A stretch of 64,000 bases of DNA from positions 4,402,001 to 4,466,000 of the forward strand of contig JAYWIR010000011.1 in the NCBI GenBank assembly GCA_036172245.1, written 5' to 3'. Shown in pieces: positions 60,053 through 64,000 of this stretch (its first letter is position 1; the number at the start of each line of letters is the position of its first letter). The translations under genes were made by a program, and so were the position numbers. The notes below the pieces were generated by a model, which saw only the letters and a program-made list of their open reading frames with translations, had not been told where the DNA came from and searched no databases. This DNA comes from Raillietiella orientalis (lineage: Eukaryota).

Positions 60053-61030
60053 GTGAGTCACCCACGGAAGAACCCCTCGAGGAATTGCATTTGCTCTTCC
60101 CGTCCTGCGACAGATGCTGACTGTCTGGAGTTCTTCGTCCCCAGCAAGTGCTGCAAGCAGAAGCCGCAAGGGGGGTTGTGTTTCCGGAGCAGCTGGTCAT
60201 TTCCGGATGTTTCCGAACGGGATCCTCAAGCCCACTCGAAGATTCTGGATTCAGCGAAGGTTTTGCCGAATGCAAGCACCAACTTACCGTCCGATGATCT
60301 CAAGAAAAAAGCTGAGGAGAATGGTCGCTGGGGGCCAGGGCTGCAGCCACGAGGGCGGCAAGATCTTTGGGAGGAAACTCGCGGCTCCGTCGCGACCGTT
60401 GGATGCAGCAGAAAGGGACCACGGCGTCGTCTTCGTAAGAAGAAAAGGAAACAAAGCGAACGAATTGCGATGAAAATTCCTCCTCATCTTTCACCTCGTT
60501 CCAAAAACTGCATGCCGAGAAGGATGCGCCTCCTTGTTTTCGAGACCCGGGATCCATCGGGTGGTGTCCAGTTCTTTTCCGACCAGGATCGCGTGCATCC
60601 TCTATTCCATCCACCTCGCTCTTCGGGCATCTCGCTTTGCCAGATGCGGAGGGCAGCAGCCTCGCCCTGCCAGATGGGGGCGAGGCTGCTTCGCTTTTCA
60701 TTCCGGGCGAGCGTCTTCCGACACAGCAGTCTTTACAACCCACCTCATCTCAGCAGGTGGTCGCCAGCGGACCTCCCCTATGCCCTACTGCCCTACTGCC
60801 TCGATATCACGGTCGGAAACGTGGCCGCAGTCAGGATGGCTCCGGCCGCCATCTTCGGTATCGGACGGAGGCAAGCTGACCCCCACCCCACCGGAAAGAA
60901 CGGAAAATCCTCGGAGGAACCGAATTCGGCGGCAGACGAGGAGGACACTCCCTCCCCCCCACGGAAGCACTTTTGGGGACGTGACGCGGCAGCGACCCAC
61001 GGAAACTTCCTACTTGATGGGGAGCTTTGA
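60053..61030 (+). CDS. Open frame of 325 aa filling a GC-rich island between AT-rich blocks; possible orphan exon
   Basis: ORF length and coincidence with the compositional island only; no domain recognised. Confidence 0.2.
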   Translation: MSHPRKNPSRNCICSSRPATDADCLEFFVPSKCCKQKPQGGLCFRSSWSFPDVSERDPQAHSKILDSAKVLPNASTNLPSDDLKKKAEENGRWGPGLQPRGRQDLWEETRGSVATVGCSRKGPRRRLRKKKRKQSERIAMKIPPHLSPRSKNCMPRRMRLLVFETRDPSGGVQFFSDQDRVHPLFHPPRSSGISLCQMRRAAASPCQMGARLLRFSFRASVFRHSSLYNPPHLSRWSPADLPYALLPYCLDITVGNVAAVRMAPAAIFGIGRRQADPHPTGKNGKSSEEPNSAADEEDTPSPPRKHFWGRDAAATHGNFLLDGEL

Positions 61031-61109
61031 GGATTTACCCATGCAGCTCTCCACTGAGTAGGCGAGAGCCACACCCACCCCAGCGGCGTCCAGAAATTCC
61101 GAAAGATCA

Positions 61110-61625
61110 TAAAATATATATATATTTATATTTACTGTGCATAGTAATATATACATTTGTATATAAATATACACGACGCAGATCATAATATATTTTACAC
61201 ATACATTAGTTTATCACAAATATTAATAAAGAAATGCGTACGCTCACGATACATATTAATATAATTAAGAATTTGCTTATGGTACATATTAATCTATATT
61301 TTCATATATGGATTAGTACGTACATTACTATATACTGTGAGGAGCATAAAAATAAATACATAATAATAAATGAAAACAATCGTCTTTATCGAACAGTCTC
61401 GAGCATGGAATTCGTCATTTCCTGAGGAAGTTTCGCTCGTGAATGCCAAATTTCCGTTTTTTTTTTTTTCTTTTCAAAAAAATTTGTTTCTTTTTTATAT
61501 TTTTTCCCCGCTATTTTTAACTGCCACCGTTGTCTGTCACCCCCTATCATTCGACATTTATACATTCATTTAATAGTAAACGCATATATTTATCTTCAAT
61601 TTAATCTTTATACACATGTTAACGG
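61110..61625. repeat. AT-rich repetitive block 3 (core in inverted orientation)
   Basis: The reverse complement of 61385-61560 (GGTGGCAGTTAAAAATAG..GAAAAAATA..TTCCTCAG..GTTCGATAAA) matches the cores of blocks 1 and 2. Confidence 0.5.
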
Positions 61626-63772
61626 ATACTGATCTGGATTTTGGACCAAGCCCTCAAAGCCGTGCTCAGCCAATCACTGCACCTGCAGCTCGGGTCTGAT
61701 TACTGAAAGACAGACGGACGGATGGCCCGGGGTCAGGGGGGTCACAGGCAAGCATTCACGAGCCCGCAAGCTCTAACTAGTCTGCCCGTGGGACGGAACC
61801 CAAGATTTGGTGCTCCAGAACGATAGGCGCGTCCTCGTGCTGGGAGAACTCTTCGGAGACGATTTTCAACGACTCCGCGGGGGGTGCTCAACGGCGAGGG
61901 CGTCCGAAGGAGGGCGCAGACATCGGGGATGCGCTCCTCGGTTCGCCTCCGAAGGAGCACCTGCAGGCAGTGCGGGCGTGTAGAGAGGGACCCTCGCGTT
62001 TCCGGATCGGCAAGGGGGCGGCACGAAGGAACCGACCCCGCCGACAGAGGGAGCACATAAGGGGAGAGGTGGCGCGTTCCGGAACCACGTGCCGGAAGGA
62101 TGACCACCAGCCCGGTGAGCGCGCGCCACGGAGTGGTTCGGGGGGGAGGTGAAAGGAAGGCGGTTTGGAGGCGGAAATGGCCCTGTTGGCCCGCTCGGTC
62201 TGCAAACCGCATGGGAGCCGAACTGACTGAAGAATTCAGCCGAGTCCTCGAGCCTGTTGAATTCTTTCACTGCTTCCTCTGCGACCTTCCTTCTTCGCCG
62301 CTATGCTGCGGTTCCGTTCTGAAGCTTTCCGGCGGGAGCCGCATCGGTGCCAAGCAACGCCGGATTTCTGAGGGACGACTCCCTTGACCACGGCTGCACG
62401 ACTTTCGAACGTGCAAGACCTTCGTGCTGCAAGAGGAGGAAGAAGAAAACCCGGAGTATCGACTGGGACGCTCAGCGTGTGCGAAGGAGACATCCGCGGT
62501 CGATGCGCATGGTCTCGAAGAAGCGCGCTGCAGCAACAGGCTGAAGAAGAGCTGCCTCTGCGGTCATCGGCAATTCTACCATCCACGGAGCGGTCCACGC
62601 GATGTGGCGGCGATCCATGCAAGGGTTTCCCGCACCGGAAAGCATCGGACCGGAAGCGAAACCTCGAGAGAGTACGCATCGCGTCTGAGTAAAGAGACTT
62701 CCTCGCCGGGGAAGCTGCAGTCGACTGCTCCCCTGCGATCTCGCCTCAAGCTGACAACCCTGACCTACAGAGGCTCGCGCGCCTTCATCGCAGGTCCACA
62801 TAGGGAGGGATCGAACTGGAATTTCGGTGCCGAGTCAGCATCCAGTTGTTTTGGTTCTTCTGGGGACGATGTGCAGCTGAAGAATGAGGAGTCGTTCCCC
62901 TCCCTCCCTCCCCTTCCCCAGTGAGATGGAGGTGCCAAACGCCCCTTCAGTCTCCCACAAAAAGATTCTTTTGAGGAGGAGTCCACGGAACAGCGGAGGG
63001 CGTCTCGACCGTAGCCGGATGCCCAGTTCGTCAGAAAAGACCCGAAGTGCACCCCCCAGGCGCACGAAAACAGGAGACTCCCAAACCCGTGAGCATGTAC
63101 GAAAGGCGCACAAGAAAGCAGCCCCCAGTCCTTGCGTGTTCCCGACCGATGAAGGCGTCATGACGTCACTCCCTTACTGACGAACACCCTAGTCAGGGAG
63201 ACGCCGCCGTGTGCTGCTTCGAGTGGCATCGGGCTTCCAGCCACCCTTTTTTACCAGCCGAAACCACCTAGCGACGCCTAGGGCAGAGCACATCAGGAAG
63301 GAAAATGGCGTCCTCCAACATGGCTGCAACAGGGAAAAATCCTGGGGGCAGAGGTTGAGCTGCCGGCCGAGATGAAGAACCCTTCGGTATACCACCAGCT
63401 GGAGTAAAGGGCAGAAAAAGCGCACATTTTGTAAGAATGAAGCTTCACATGACGAGGCTGCAGAAGGAAGTGGTGATTTATCCGAGAAGGAGCAGGCTGT
63501 TACAGATCAGCCTAACCGTAAGAAGTCAATGTTTTCCTTGCTCAAATCACTTGACTTAAGGTGGCACCGAGAAGATGTGAAGAGCCACTGATGGACGCAT
63601 GAACTCGTTTGGCATCAGTAATGAGACTGATAGGAGGTTGGTTTCCATGGTAATCCCAAACCACAGCAGAAAGTCAGGAAGCGTGGGAAACCTTTCTGCG
63701 CATGGACTACTCATCCGCAGCCACGTTGCCCTGTGATTCCAGCTGGTGTGCTGTAACTCAGTCTTATCAGCC

Positions 63773-63786
63773 GTTGCCTAGGTAAC
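63773..63786. promoter_or_regulatory. Candidate RFX X-box GTTGCCTAGGTAAC
   Basis: Exact fit to the X-box consensus GTNRCC(N0-3)RGYAAC; a near match GTTTCCATGGTAAT lies at 63641-63654. Confidence 0.35.
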
Positions 63787-64000
63787 ATCTAGAAAAATTC
63801 AAGCCTCACCGATGACATGTATGCATGCACACATTACAACATTCAACTTCATCTTTCAAATGCACAAGAAACAACACACAAAAAAACACATGCTTCTAAA
63901 AAAGAATAAAAAAAGAAATGAATCCTTGGTCCACGGGCTGTACCTAGCAACTCATCACTTGTAACTCAAGCATGAATAAAACCGCTCTCGCATCTTCTTG

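Noticed and set aside
62100..63380. Same-frame ORFs separated by TGA codons, suggesting selenocysteine or readthrough
   Set aside because: The frame also contains a TAG, has no recognisable domain or redox motif, and no SECIS was seen.

Overview
Eukaryotic (invertebrate, probably arthropod-like) genomic DNA: mostly GC-rich with short GT-AG introns, microsatellites and homopolymer runs, and three very AT-rich blocks near the right end. There is no prokaryotic operon structure and no CRISPR array. Confident calls: (1) a spliced + strand gene (25931-30384, about 478 aa) for a two-PDZ scaffold protein of the PDZD2/pro-IL-16 type; (2) tRNA-Thr(CGT) at 52333-52405; (3) five + strand copies of a 0.6-0.8 kb tRNA-derived SINE-like repeat; (4) four decayed 3' fragments of one non-LTR retrotransposon family (ORF2 C-terminus with a zf-RVT-like CCHC motif, a structured 3'UTR, and a conserved end without poly(A)). 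Two of these LINE fragments sit antisense inside the SINE, at different sites just downstream of its B-box. Each has a target-site duplication, and each site is intact in the other SINE copy. A third abuts the SINE tail. This suggests a LINE that nests in a Pol III SINE. Also present: a small twin-priming (5'-inverted, polyA, TSD) retro-insertion whose closest relative lies about 1 kb away, a possible palmitoylated alternative N-terminus for the PDZ protein, and several low-complexity orphan ORFs or exon chains that cannot be assigned a function. Most ORFs in the supplied track look like GC-content noise.
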